64,000 nt of DNA from Syncephalis fuscata S228 (Eukaryota; Fungi; Zoopagomycota). A program made the position numbers and the translations under genes. The number at the start of each line of letters is the position of its first letter. Position 1 is the stretch's first letter. Location: the NCBI GenBank assembly GCA_025786725.1, contig JAHLTZ010000009.1, positions 372,001 through 436,000 on the forward strand, written 5' to 3'. Under the pieces are notes generated by a model. The model made no database searches and was not told the origin of the DNA. It saw only the letters and a program-made list of their open reading frames with translations. Of the stretch, positions 43,177-56,342 are shown one piece after another.

Positions 43177-44198
43177 ATGATTAATAATTGGAGACAGAAT
43201 GCCACGACAATTATGGGCATTAAGCTGCATCCGCTCGGTGAAGTGCCAATATTCAGTTATATATCTGGGATGACGGAGGATTACATGCCAGAACAAAGTG
43301 TGATCCGTGGTCGACTGTTTGGCTTTTATCTTCAAATCGTTTCCAATGTAATATTAAGCGTGATTTTTACTCGCAATCTACATCTTGCTATCAAAACAAT
43401 TGCAACTCGATCGCGTAACTTTGCCCTATGGTGCTGCGTTATATCATCTGCTTTGGGCATAGTGCCAGGCGTGATGATTATGAAGGCCTCTTTAGGTGAT
43501 GGCGTGAATTGCAGAACAGTGGGATGGTATGATATATACACCATATGTATTTCGACCATTTTTTGCCATTTAATTGTGCTGCAGCGTGCCTATTTTGCAT
43601 TACGCCAGCAGTATTGGATTCTAGTTATTGGAATTGCGATATTATTGCCACAAATTGGCTTTGGTGTTGTTGGAGTAGGCTATTCTTACATAATAATAAG
43701 CGAGGATAGTGGCTGCACCATTCACTATCCCAATTCGCTGCCGTGGCTCTGGTTTGGTGGGTCCATACCAATCAATTTGTTTTTTTCAGGAATTTTCAGC
43801 CATGTCGCATATAAGCAATATCGCACCTTTGGTTCGGATGCATGGCGACGACTAGCACGCGACGGCATCCAGGCCATGTGCTCGGTCACACTCTGCAATA
43901 TAGTGTGTGGGCTAGGCATTTTCTTCAAGATTGGAGGCGATTTTTCGCAAACATTTTTTGTAGTTGACTGGTAAGCAGGCTAGCAGTGCTAACTATTACA
44001 GCTAATTCATTATTTAGGGTGATTGCGTCGACAATTCTCGTGAATCATTGCAGCAGCATACGCCAATCTAACACCAGTGCTATTGCCTCAAAAAGCAAGT
44101 CCAAACGCTTGCAAACCTCCCGTATTGATATAAGAGAAACTATAACAACCTATCAAGGGCGGTATATAGCCAATACAGAATTTACGTCAATTTACTAA
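43177..44198 (+). CDS. 7TM GPCR-like family member 10
   Basis: Same motifs and intron; ends TEFTSIY*. Confidence 0.85.
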
Positions 44199-44749
44199 GT
44201 ACTAATTTTTGTGTACACATTTGGAAACGGAAATAAAACAATTTCATCTTCTGCAACGTTTTTTTAGAGTCCTACGCAACGTGACAGTACATTTGAAGTT
44301 CGATACTGCTTATATTAAGTAATCGTTGTTGACAATTTTATTCTAAATAGGAATAAAGATACCAAATTTAGTGTTTTTATTTGCAAGTAGTTGCAAACAT
44401 TGGCAAATTAGTATTAGCTGATTCTGGTATTTTAGTTTAGATTTTTGCCTACCATTTACGGTAATGCGTGAAAAAGTGCATATAAACAATGTCTCACCGG
44501 CCTTGTCACAAATCATGATTTAAGAAAGGATTTGCGCGCGCTGTACAGTGTAACTGTAGCGTGCATTGACTTATTGTAATGCGATTAACCGGTTATATTG
44601 CATGACATGCGTTTCATGCGTCCAATCCAACATGAGAATTTACGAAATATATTCTTCTAAGCTACCAAAGTTCTTCGCCGCACGCAAAAAAAAATCTTTC
44701 TCAACTAATTTATGACTTTGTTTAAAATCAACTAAACACAATAGTAAAT

Positions 44750-45757
44750 ATGAACGATGAGTGGAAAAAGAATGCTACTACTTGGATCGGTATTCCATTG
44801 CATCCGTCAGGCGAAATAAGTCTGTTTGACTATGTCAACGGCAAGCAAGATAATTATGAGCTATCTAAAGCTACGATTCGAGCTCGCCTAATGGGAATTC
44901 AGTTTCAGTTCATGTTCAGCATCATATCGGGACCTTTATTCATCTACAACTTAATAAGCGTTATTAAAACAAGAAAAACACGGCCCTATAGCGTATCCAG
45001 CTACTGTTGCCTCATCTCGTCACTCTTAGGTATAACCTATAGTATAGTAAGCGTGATTGGAGTGGTGGCCGACAAACTAAACTGTAGGCAAATGGTTTGG
45101 TATCTTGCGTTTGTTGTAAGCTTTTCTATGTTTTTCAACAGCATCACCATACTTCACAGGACGCATCGGGCACTGCTTTGCCAAAAATGGGTGGCAGTTT
45201 GGGGCACCATTTTTACACTACCGCAATTTGGATTTCTAGTCATTATATGTCTGTTCTCTTATATTACGATAGAGCAATACATGGGCTGTACCGTTCATTA
45301 CCCTTTTTTTCTTTCCTGGTATTGGCTTGGAACCATGCTTCCCATTAACATGTTTTTCTCTGCTATATTCAGTGCAGTGGCCTATAGGCAGTACAAGACC
45401 TACGGTTCCGACGCTTGGAAACGCTTGGCCCGCAATGGCATCCAGACTATGTGCCTAGTAGTATTGTGCAATTTAATATGTGGTTTCATCGTTATTTTTG
45501 AACTAGGAAGATATGTTTCACAAATGTTTTTTATTGCCAATTGGTAAGCGGTCCATTTAAATTTGAAATAGCTCTGACTTTTCTTTAGGTGTCTCACTAC
45601 AACTATACTTGTAAATGATCTTACAAAAAAGTATGCAAATAATGGCTCGACTACAGAAGAGAAAAACGCACCGAATGTATATAGCGTTGATGTTGATATT
45701 AATGAAATTACGGCAGGCTATTCCAGTCGATTTGTAGCCATTACCAATTACATCTAA
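44750..45757 (+). CDS. 7TM GPCR-like family member 11
   Basis: Same motifs (YCCL, LHRTH, ANW variants) and intron. Confidence 0.85.
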
Positions 45758-46096
45758 TGCTAAGATGGTAACACGAATACTAATAAACTATTACACATGC
45801 GTGCAATATTATAATTTCTAGTAACCAGTGTATTAATACTTAGTTTTAAATAGCACATCTGGATCGGGAGTCATGATTCAGCAGTTCTATTATTAATATC
45901 AAAAGACTCAGCCAGACCGTTAACGCTGATAAAACCGGTTATGTCTTATCACATGCTGCTACACGACAGTTCGCCTTGGGCCCTTTGGTTTCCAATTCTT
46001 ATACTTAATTATTTTGTTGATAGCTTTTTCATATACAATACTTATACGCATTACTTCGTGTTTTATATACTATTTGACAAAGCATAACGATAAAAA

Positions 46097-47117
46097 ATGA
46101 ACAACAACATAAGAAACAGCTCTATAGTCAATCTTGGAAATGCGCTACATATGCTTAAAGATGTATACATATACGACTTTATTAGCGGAAAGCAAGAGAA
46201 TTATGAGCTATCTAGAAAAGAAGCGCAAGATCGACTAATGGGACTACAAAAGCAAATGGCAATTCACTTTATCTTATCTATTTTATTCATCCGTAATTCA
46301 TTTGTAATTACTAAAACACTTCGAATTCATCCTAACAATATTTCAGGATGGTGTTGTTTAGTAGTATCGCTTTTAGGAATTGCATTCAACTTATATACCG
46401 TATGCATAGTATTAGTTGATAATATGAGTTGTAGACCATTAATTTGGTATATTACATGTGCCATTAATATTTCCAATATTTCCAATACAATTATTCTATT
46501 GCACAAGGCATATCTGGCCCTACTTCGTCAGTATTGGGTGATCATCATTGGTTTACTATTTATAGCACTACAATTCGCCTTTATGCTTAATGCTGTACTA
46601 ACTACAAAAGTTACTATGGAAATATATTACGGTTGTGTTTTTAACTATACGAAAGGTCTATCTTACATCTATCTCGCGTCAATAGTGCCTGTCAACGCAG
46701 TTTTCTCAGCTATATTCAGCTATGTCGTCTATAAGCAATACAAGAAGTTCGGCTCGGATGCATGGAAACGATTAGCCAAGGATGGGATTCAAACAATGTG
46801 CTTAGTAGTGCTATGTAATATAGCATGTTGCGCACTGATTGTTTCTAAGGTTCTAAACCACGATTCTGAGCTTTTCTTTGTTGTTGATTGGTAGGTTGGA
46901 TAGTTGTCATAATGATCCCAACTAATGTTTTTAAAGGGTTTTTACATCCACGATTTTGGTTAATCATTATGCAAAAACAACCAAGGCAGTTGATTCAATG
47001 GTCAACACGAGTAATAGGCCCAGAGATCCTAATAGTATGCAGATGGATATAAAAGCGACCATAACAACTTATCAAGGCCGTATGCATGGCACTACCAATT
47101 TTACATCACTGTTTTAA
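46097..47117 (+). CDS. 7TM GPCR-like family member 12
   Basis: Same motifs and intron; ends TNFTSLF*. Confidence 0.85.
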
Positions 47118-47743
47118 TAACATGCAATAATAATTTAAGCAAATGTTTATTTTCATAACATCAATAAACCATTTCAATTGATTTGTTAAGTTACTATTAT
47201 AAATTCAGCCTAGTTATTATGTGGATGCTCTGTTAAAACTATCTACATGTTCATTCTTGTAGCCAATACCAATAACCAGTTTTACTAAATATATATTTTT
47301 GTCTTGAATCATTACTAATTATGCCTCTGTCATTTTATCTGTTTTATCCACATTCGTACTTCCATGTTCATATTAATTGAGTCGATTTTACTTAGTAAAG
47401 TATTGCCAGATAGCCTTGTCAATGAAAGTTAAGAAAACATTACATATAAGCGTAATGTTATAATTTTTAGTAAATATTATATTAAGACTTGATTTTTAAA
47501 TAAAACATTTGAATTGATGACTATGACTCAGTTGTCTTTTTGTTAACATCAATGCTTTGATCAAATTGTCAACGCCAAAAACCGGTTATATTCCATCACA
47601 TGCTAAATGGCAGCAATTCGCCTTGGGCCTTTTGTTTCCACTTCTCATGTTTAATTACTGTGCTGATATTTCTTGTATATACAATAGTTCTACATATCTA
47701 GGTTGCATTTTTATATACTATTTGACAAAGCATAACGATAAAA

Positions 47744-48764
47744 ATGGACAATAACGCAGGGAATAACTCTATAGTCAATCTTGGCATGCTGCTAGATATG
47801 CGCAAAGATGTATATGTATACGACTTTATTAGCGGAAAGCAAGAGAACTATGAACTATCTAAAAAAGAGGTGCAAGCTCGATTAACGGGAATGCAAAGAC
47901 AGATTGGGTCTCACATTGTCCTATCTAGCCTATTTATACGTAATCTATATATGATTATTAAAACACTCCGAATCCATCCCAACAGTCTTTCAGGATGGTG
48001 CTGTTTGTTGGTATCACTGCTGGGGATTGTACTCAACCTGTATACCGTATGCTTGGGATTAGCTGATGATATTAGCTGCAGGCCATTAGTTTTGTATATT
48101 ACCTGCGCCATTAGTCTTTCCAACATTTTCAACACCATAATCTTATTGCACAAAGCATATTTGGCTCTACTTCGTCCGTATTGGATAGCCATCAGTGGTT
48201 TACTATTTATAGCACTACAGTTTGCCGCTATGATTGATGTTGTACTAACTACAAAAGTTACTATGGAGGAGTATTATGGCTGCGTCTTCAATTATGATAA
48301 CCTTGTGCCTTACATCTATCTCGCGTCAATAGTGCCTGTCAACGCATTTTTCTCAGCTATATTCAGCTATGTCGTCTATAAGCAATACAAGACGTTTGGC
48401 TCAGATGCGTGGAAACGATTAGCCAAGGATGGAATTCAGGCAATGTGCTTAGTAGTACTATGCAATATAGTATGTACCGTGTTGATTATTTTTAGAGTTC
48501 TAAAAACATTTTCAGATCTTTTCTTTATTATTGATTGGTAGGTTGAGTAGTTGTCATAATGATACAAACTAATGTTTGTACAGGGTTTTTACATCCACGA
48601 TTTTGGTTAATCATTGTGCAAAAATGACCAAAACAGTTGATTTAATGGTCAACACGAGCAATAAATCCAGAGATCCTAATAGTATGCAGATGGATATAAA
48701 AGCGACCATAACAACTTATCAAGGCCGCATCCGCGGCACTACTAATCTTACATCACTGTTTTGA
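47744..48764 (+). CDS. 7TM GPCR-like family member 13
   Basis: Close paralog of member 12; ends TNLTSLF*. Confidence 0.85.
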
Positions 48765-49094
48765 TGATCAGTGTTCTTTAAAAAGTATCGCTAACTATTT
48801 TAGTACACTGTACGTTACATTAATAAACTAATTTAATTGGTTTGTTTTGATATCGCTATTACAAATTATATCACTATAGCTTAAAAAACGGATTTATAAG
48901 CTATTTATCGATAGCAGCGCTTGATCACATATTAACCGGTTTTAATGGATATAAGTAGCCTGCCTTTGCCCGCCTTGGAGACTGCAGCGTCTAACGCTTA
49001 ATTTAGTATCTATATTCTCAGTATTTTGACGTTACTTTTTATACGTGTATACTTATTTAATACTCATTATCTTAACCTTTTTACTATTCTAAAA

Positions 49095-50112
49095 ATGAGT
49101 AGCTTAACGGCAAATACAACCACTTGGCCCGGTATCCGACTGGATCCATTTGGCGAAATGTATATCTATGACTTTGTCAGTGGAAAGCCAGAAAACTATA
49201 AGCTATCTAGAGAAACCGTCCAAGCTCGACTGACGGGTATACAACTGCAAGTTGCATGTCATGCCGCTATATCTGTTTTGTTTATTCGCAATTTATTTGT
49301 GGTAATCAAAACGCTTAGAGTTCGATTCAATGACCTGCCAGGATGGTGTTGTTTACTTGTAACATTATCAGGAATCGTATTGCTCGTGTTCAATATTCTT
49401 CTAGCTACAGTTTATTCAGTAAGCTGCAGACCACTGGTCTGGTCTATAATCTGCGCTATTGGTTTTTCAAATGTTCTCAATACGATAATTCTATTGCATA
49501 AGGCATATCTGGCCATGCTTCGTCCGTATTGGGTGATCGTCAGCGGTGTTATTTTCATAATGTTACAGTTCGGTTTTGTAATTATTGCTATAGGTTTTAG
49601 TCCAATGACTATAAAAGAATATGGTGGTTGTGTATTTAACTATACAGATGCTCAATCATATTCCTGGCTTGCAACGGTATTGCCTGTTAATGCATTTTTT
49701 TCGGCTATATTCAGCTATGTTGTTTACAAGCAATACAAGACTTTCGGCTTAGATGCGTGGAGGCGCCTAGCTGGGGATGGGATCCAAACAATGTGTCTAG
49801 TGATATTATGTAATATAGTGTGTGGTGTGTTGCTTATATGTCGAGCTTTTGGAGAATTTTCAGATCTTTTCTTTATCATTGACTGGTAAGTTAAATGTTT
49901 GTCGTAATAATATAAACTAATATTTATACAGGATTACTACATCCACGATCTTGACCAATCATTGTGAAAATATGTCAAAAGCAATTGGCTCGCTTGTCAA
50001 AACAAACGATATGTCCAGAAATTGCAACACAACACGAGCGGATATGAAGGAAACTATAACAACTTATCATGGTCATATTCGTGGTGCTAACAATCTGACA
50101 TCATTGTTTTAA
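49095..50112 (+). CDS. 7TM GPCR-like family member 14
   Basis: Close to member 5; ends NNLTSLF*. Confidence 0.85.
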
Positions 50113-50908
50113 GCAATTAAATTGGGTTTGATATTTTATTATGCATTTATTCATATAAATGGCGTTATTTGACTATTCTAATGTATTTAAGATATTATTC
50201 TGTAGTAAAATTATTAGATGGCTGTAAAATAAAGCCATCAATGTTTTTGATACACGCTTGAATACAATATGGTTGAGTAAACTTGGATATTTATTGAATT
50301 ATAATTGTTAGTTTATTTAATAGTGTATTACATTAATTTGTATATCTACTGAAAATTGTTATAATATACTATTGAGTATTAACAGTATAGCTTACATCGT
50401 GATATATAGTGAATTAACTATAAAATATCATCATAATGAGATGTGTAACTCCATTTAAGCATAACTGAATACACGATATTACTAGTTGAATTCTATTGAA
50501 ACATATTTTTATTAATTTCTACAATGTTTATACTAATTAAATGTATTTATTAATCATTAGATGAATGTAATATCTGCCTATGCGCCAATACATGTTATAT
50601 ACAATGCTTCTTTCTATTGTCTATATTTAACTAACGATATCTGCATTTTAACTAATTATAGCTATATTGCTAGCATCACTGGTAAGTATTTAAAAAAAAC
50701 AACTGCTCATGCATATGCTTTGTTGCAAATATTACTACTAGCATATTGATATAACATGTTGATAATATGTTGTGTAGTAATGAATTATTAACAGTGCGAT
50801 GATGGATAATTGGGGGGGGGGATGAGAAACACAACAATTCAGTGAATATATTTGATGACAGTTTATAGTCAGACTTGGAGATTGGCTGCCGGCTGGAAGC
50901 TGGCTGGC

Positions 50909-50922
50909 CTCCTCCTCTTTCC
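50909..50922 (+). promoter_or_regulatory. 5'-TOP/TCT-like oligopyrimidine tract upstream of RPS17
   Basis: CCTCCTCCTCTTTCC ~55 bp before the ATG of a ribosomal protein gene. Confidence 0.45.
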
Positions 50923-50972
50923 ACACAGGCTGATCAGACACTGAACGTCGCCAGCAGCATATACTGTTAATC

Positions 50973-52068
50973 ATGGTGAGTAGCTGTTGTCTAGAAGTAC
51001 CTATAGATGATAGGCACCAGTATAGCTATGCTGGATAAATATATCGATGGATGGATGGATGGATGGCTGTATGAATATAGGAATAACAGTAAGAATGCGA
51101 GAGCACCTTCAACATATCATATACATACATCGACACAAAATAGCTTTGCTATTCGCGTAGACTTGGATACTAAAGTTATTACAGATAAAAAGTTACATAG
51201 CTAGATTGTAGAATGGATGGATGGATGGATGGATGCGTGAATAGATGGATAGCTTAAAGAACAGATTTATACTAGAGGTGGTATAGCCAGTTCTGGAATA
51301 TACACTGCTGTGTATTGATAGAGCGGGCTATCTACAGCTATAATTAATAAGCGGATACGTGTCTTTGTAGCTTGTTGTTTTTATCGAATAGCGTAGCTGC
51401 AATGAATCTAAATAATGACATGAATTCATATTACTTGGCGCGACTTTTGGGAATTGCAAGGAATTTGCAATGCTTGTTCAATTTATTAATAGTAGCTGAC
51501 GTGCAACGTTGTTGAATAGGGTCGCGTGCGCACTAAGACCGTAAAGAAGGCCTCCAAGGTCGTTATTGAGAAATACTACCCACGTTTGACCTTGGATTTC
51601 CAGGTCAACAAGCGTATCTGCGATGAGGTAGCTGTCATCTCCACCAAGCGTCTTCGCAACAAGATTGCCGGTTTCACCACTCATTTGATGCGCCGTATCC
51701 AGCGTGGTCCAGTGCGCGGTATCTCCTTCAAGCTTCAGGAAGAGGAGCGTGAACGCAAGGACAACTACGTGCCAGACGTGTCGGCTCTCGACACCACTGT
51801 CATTGAGATTGATCCAGATACCAAGGTAGGTAGCGGATTAAATGGCATTACTATGCATTATAGTGGCCAAATAATATAAAATACGTATTTTGCATCAACC
51901 AACTAATCGCACACACATTTGTGATAAAAATAGGATCTTCTCAAATCCCTCAACTTTGACAAATTGCCCAACATCCACGTTACGGCTCCAATTGTCCACC
52001 CCAACTCTGGCAAGGGCCCACGCGCTGCATTCCGTGCTGACCGCCCCGCTCGCGCTCCCCGTGCGTAA
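50973..52068 (+). CDS. RPS17: 40S ribosomal protein S17 (eS17)
   Basis: ATG-only first coding exon, intron 50976-51519, [20 protein letters not shown]...[23 protein letters not shown], second intron ~51826-51933. Confidence 0.97.
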
Positions 52069-52586
52069 TTCTACGTATTTGAAAAGCGTGTACTACGCGG
52101 CAAAGCGGCGTGCCACTTATTTTGTAAGCTCGGCCGTTGCTTTTGTTGTTGTTCCTCTTTTGCATGCTTGGCTGCATTTCCGTGCGCGTGTCTGTGCATC
52201 TTGAACAAGTTGCTGCCGTGACGGAATAAAGCTAACTGCGACCTTTCTGCACGAATACGATATACATTTATATATTGTTATTATTATTATTATTATTGAA
52301 AATGCATAGTAACATGAATAATGGATACTGAACAGCAAATATTAATACTACGGGTGGTTAAATCTTGGATATCTATTACTAACAAACTACTAAAAGCTAT
52401 AAGCATAACTAACAAATCACATTACTATTTATAACAACTATGTCCAAAAAACGATACTTTATTAGATTAATTAGAATTTAATATGGCAATTATGAAATGA
52501 TTATTGAATAATTATTTATTCAACTATTATTAGTCCATAAAGTAAACGTCATCACTAACATACTTTGAGTTGTATCTACGCCAGAA

Positions 52587-54317
52587 CTATGCGGTTGCAG
52601 TCTTCATCATGTTAAACCATTGATGAACCTTAAAAGCAATATTTTTTGCTGAAATAGTTTCTGTCTCCATTGTGGAAACAAATGGCTCCATTGCATTAAC
52701 GTACCATGCTGCCGCAGCAATGGCCGTTTGTCCACGTTCGTTCCAGTCGTAGCTGGCGGGTATCATTAATGGATAGGATAGCCATTGTTGGCGATGAACA
52801 GTTCTGGAATCAAATTCAACGAATAAACGAGCAAGCTCGCTATCTGAAAGTTGCTCATCCGAAAAGTGCTTAGTAAGCGTTCGTCCATTTGCTGGTGAAT
52901 CAACATAAGTGATTGCACTTTGCGATAGAAGCAATGGCGACGAGCTGACCCAAAGCGTTGTTGGCATCTTTGCCGGTGATGGTTTAAGGTAGCGTGGGTT
53001 CAGTTTGCCTGTCGTCAATGTGACGCTCAAACTTTTATATCCAATGTCTGGCAAATCTGCAAATGTGTTTGCTTTGGTCGCAACATCCATTTGGAAGAAT
53101 GGTGCGGCCAAGATGATAGCATCGTATTCTCTATAGGCTCCACCTTGCGTGGTCACTCCCCAGATCGGACGACAAGACTTAAGTGACTGTGCAAGACGTG
53201 ATGGATCGGCTTCAGGCCTCATTGAATAGCTCATAGCATTGCTATACTCAGAATTGTTGCAGCGGCCAAAACGGCGTCGTTCGATTTGATTGACCGGCGT
53301 GCTAAGGAAAATACGAGCCTTTGACGCGTCAACTAAAGTTTTAACAAGCTTTTGGTTTCCGCCTTTAATGTCGTAAACTTTGTCGATAATTGGAATGCAG
53401 GAAATAAATCCAGCCACGGCGTGAATACTACGTGCATCCAGACCATAATTATTACGGGTTAGTGCCGAGATTAACTCATCGACGAAAAGGGAAGGCATGC
53501 CAAGCTGACCGGTAAGATGATCGTAGAAAGTTGTCAAAGCAAGGTCTTTCATACCAAGTTTTTCGACAACATCTGCTACATTCGACCATTGGCCATGGTG
53601 ATTGTAAATAGTGTTGAACTGCTTAAGGAATGCAGCGACAGCAGGGTAGAAACGCTCGGTCAACGTTGCAATGCCGCCGTAGCGTGTAGCAATTTCTGGG
53701 TGCTTCATCCATGTTTTTGGATCCCATATAGATCCATCATCAATAGCGTATGCCAATGTCTGTCCATTCCAAAGTCCATCGACAGACGACATGCGAAGAT
53801 CGACGAGCGGATGAGAATTTCTTTCAAGGCCGAGTGCTGTTGATAGACTCATTAAGTTGTAGTTGGCTCCAACAAAAAGCGATGCGCCCAAATCAACACC
53901 AGTTTGATTAGGTATACTGTCACCATCGTTATCCTCGGGATCGCCATTGTAGAATAGACGTGAAGTGACACGACCACCTGGCTCGTTGTTCTTTTCGTAG
54001 ATGTCGACGGCAATCGGTCCGGCCGAGGTACCATTTTGTAAACTTAATAACTGGGGATTGTTTAGGTAATAGGCGGCCGATGATCCAGCAATGCCAGCAC
54101 CGATAATAGCGACACGAATAGGTCCCGATTTTCCAGCAGCAGCGGCAGCATCGGTGTCTTTAGCATCAGCATCGATACTCCAAGATGGTCGGGACAACTT
54201 ATCACACCGGTAAAGGTTATTTGATGCGGCCAAAATGCCATCGGTGTTTAGAATCGATGCAATGAATAGCGCCGAAGCAAATAAAAGCACCGAAGAGGTG
54301 CGTGTCGTAGCGTGCAT
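52587..54317 (-). CDS. Prenylcysteine oxidase/lyase family FAD oxidoreductase with signal peptide
   Basis: VAIIGAGIAGSSAAY, DLGASLFV, GGNQKL, YVNAMEPFVSTMETETISAKNIA; intronless. Confidence 0.88.
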   Translation of the reverse strand: MHATTRTSSVLLFASALFIASILNTDGILAASNNLYRCDKLSRPSWSIDADAKDTDAAAAAGKSGPIRVAIIGAGIAGSSAAYYLNNPQLLSLQNGTSAGPIAVDIYEKNNEPGGRVTSRLFYNGDPEDNDGDSIPNQTGVDLGASLFVGANYNLMSLSTALGLERNSHPLVDLRMSSVDGLWNGQTLAYAIDDGSIWDPKTWMKHPEIATRYGGIATLTERFYPAVAAFLKQFNTIYNHHGQWSNVADVVEKLGMKDLALTTFYDHLTGQLGMPSLFVDELISALTRNNYGLDARSIHAVAGFISCIPIIDKVYDIKGGNQKLVKTLVDASKARIFLSTPVNQIERRRFGRCNNSEYSNAMSYSMRPEADPSRLAQSLKSCRPIWGVTTQGGAYREYDAIILAAPFFQMDVATKANTFADLPDIGYKSLSVTLTTGKLNPRYLKPSPAKMPTTLWVSSSPLLLSQSAITYVDSPANGRTLTKHFSDEQLSDSELARLFVEFDSRTVHRQQWLSYPLMIPASYDWNERGQTAIAAAAWYVNAMEPFVSTMETETISAKNIAFKVHQWFNMMKTATA

Positions 54318-55282
54318 AATGGATATCGTTAAATTAAATGATTCGAATTGCTGTAAAGCGTATTACTATAGTTATGATGAATAAGATAATGGTGTTTGCG
54401 TTTTAATTTGGGGACTACAACAGAAGGTAAAGAAGGGAGACGTCAAGGACTATTGTATACGTCGCCTGTCATTTATTGCTCTATTCATTGGCCAACTAGC
54501 CTTTTCTGCTTCAATAAAAAAATAGGCGACAAACAAGTTTAACAAGAAAGCATTTAGATTTTGATTATGCTGTACAACAAATGGCGTTTCATCTTAATAA
54601 GCAATAGAATATCTCACTTGTGTTTTTTAGTCGATTTTTTTAGGCCTGGCTATTCTTTTTGGTAATTAATTATTTTGAATAGATCTTGAAACAATTAATT
54701 ATTTTGTACACACAAAAACAGATTAATTCTGTGCTTTTGCCTTTAGTGGATGCTAATACAACAGTCCTCGGAAAAGACAATAGGCGGTAGAACAAAGAGT
54801 AAAAGGGACCCACGTGTGTCTATAAATGCGATATATTTACAAATAGAATAGCAATTGTCAACAATGCATTTCTCAGCATAGGCAATCTAAATAGTCCATG
54901 TAGCGGAGTATTAATAGCTATACCGGCATAGTTAGTTATAATTATATTTAATGTTTTCCTCGATTTATTAAACAAATCTAACAATAAAAGCTAAATAAAC
55001 ATAAATAAAACTAAATTGTTTCTCCAGCTGTGGTTTATATTAAAATGATCGTTAGAGCATCAACAGAACAAGGGGCAGAAAGGTTCAGACAATAAAGAGA
55101 GAGAGAGATAGCTAATCGCGCGGTAGTTTTAGTTACACAAAATAATAGTATGGCCTTAGTAGTAGAGCAATCTAAGGACTACGCTGAATAACATTTGCGC
55201 AAATAAGCTAGCTATTTATTATATTAAACATGGAACTAAGTAGTATGAAATACTGATGGTCAGACCATCAATTTATATTGTG

Positions 55283-56069
55283 ATTTGGGTGTCAAATGGC
55301 TATAGTTGCCAATATTCGCGCAATTAAACCAAAATTGTTCAATTAAAAATGGAACTGAGTGGTGAGTGACATTAAAGTTTAAAATACTTTTCATCGTAGA
55401 TTATTCATTTAATACACATATATCCTCTATTTATTTATATCATTTCTATTTTATTCTACACTATTATATATCATTCTATAATATACTAAATACATTCTGT
55501 TCATTATATGTTCCAATATCTTCACTCATTCCACTCACTACACTATACACACTATAGCTTTGACATCATTTTATATATCATTTTATACCCTTTTAATTCT
55601 CGTCTACTCAAAGCTGTTATTATTTCTGTTCTAGCTTTATTATTTGTAAATGTCGACTGATTCCGCTCATTAATCATATATATATATATATGCACTATAG
55701 CTATAGCATAGCTTATCGTCATTCTTTTATTACATATTTGGTATTCTATGTATCAATTTATTGCATAATGACCACCTGCTAGTCAAACTGATGTTTTTAT
55801 TGCTAGTTTGTTATTAATAAATTTCAATTTAATTTGTTTATCACAATCATCAATCTATATGTACTTGAAAACTGTAGCAAATAAAATGTATTTATCATAT
55901 AATAGAATGACATACTATAGTATAGATATAAAATGGAAATGATGTGGCAAATAGAAGATATAGAATGACGAGTATTTAATGCTTCATGTCACTCACCATC
56001 CATCATTATGTTCAATAGAGAAAATGTGTAGTTCAATTGTGCAAATATGCTTAAACTTGACCATTTGAT
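55283..56069 (+). mobile_element. ~790-bp non-coding repeat, MITE-like, copy B
   Basis: Inverted near-identical copy of 35723-36520. Confidence 0.7.
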
Positions 56070-56342
56070 TCCAAGTAATAATAATCATTAATAAATTGTT
56101 TAATACTAAAGTGATATCTTTAAAATCAATCAACAAATAAGTTATTTACTAAAATAAACTGTCGATACTGCCTCTATATCGGCGCCGATATAATAAGGAG
56201 TGGCATTATCCGTAATACATTAAAAATAAAACATTGTTTTGGTTTAATAAAATAGAATAATCATAATTATAGTCGTAATCATGCTAATACTAATACTAAA
56301 TAATACTAATACTAATAATAACAATAATAATGTCATATTTTG

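Noticed and set aside
34390-54317. Isoprenoid gene cluster (MVD1 + prenylcysteine oxidase + receptors sensing prenylated ligands)
   Set aside because: The genes are 17 kb apart, separated by unrelated housekeeping genes, with no shared motif seen; co-location is not evidence.
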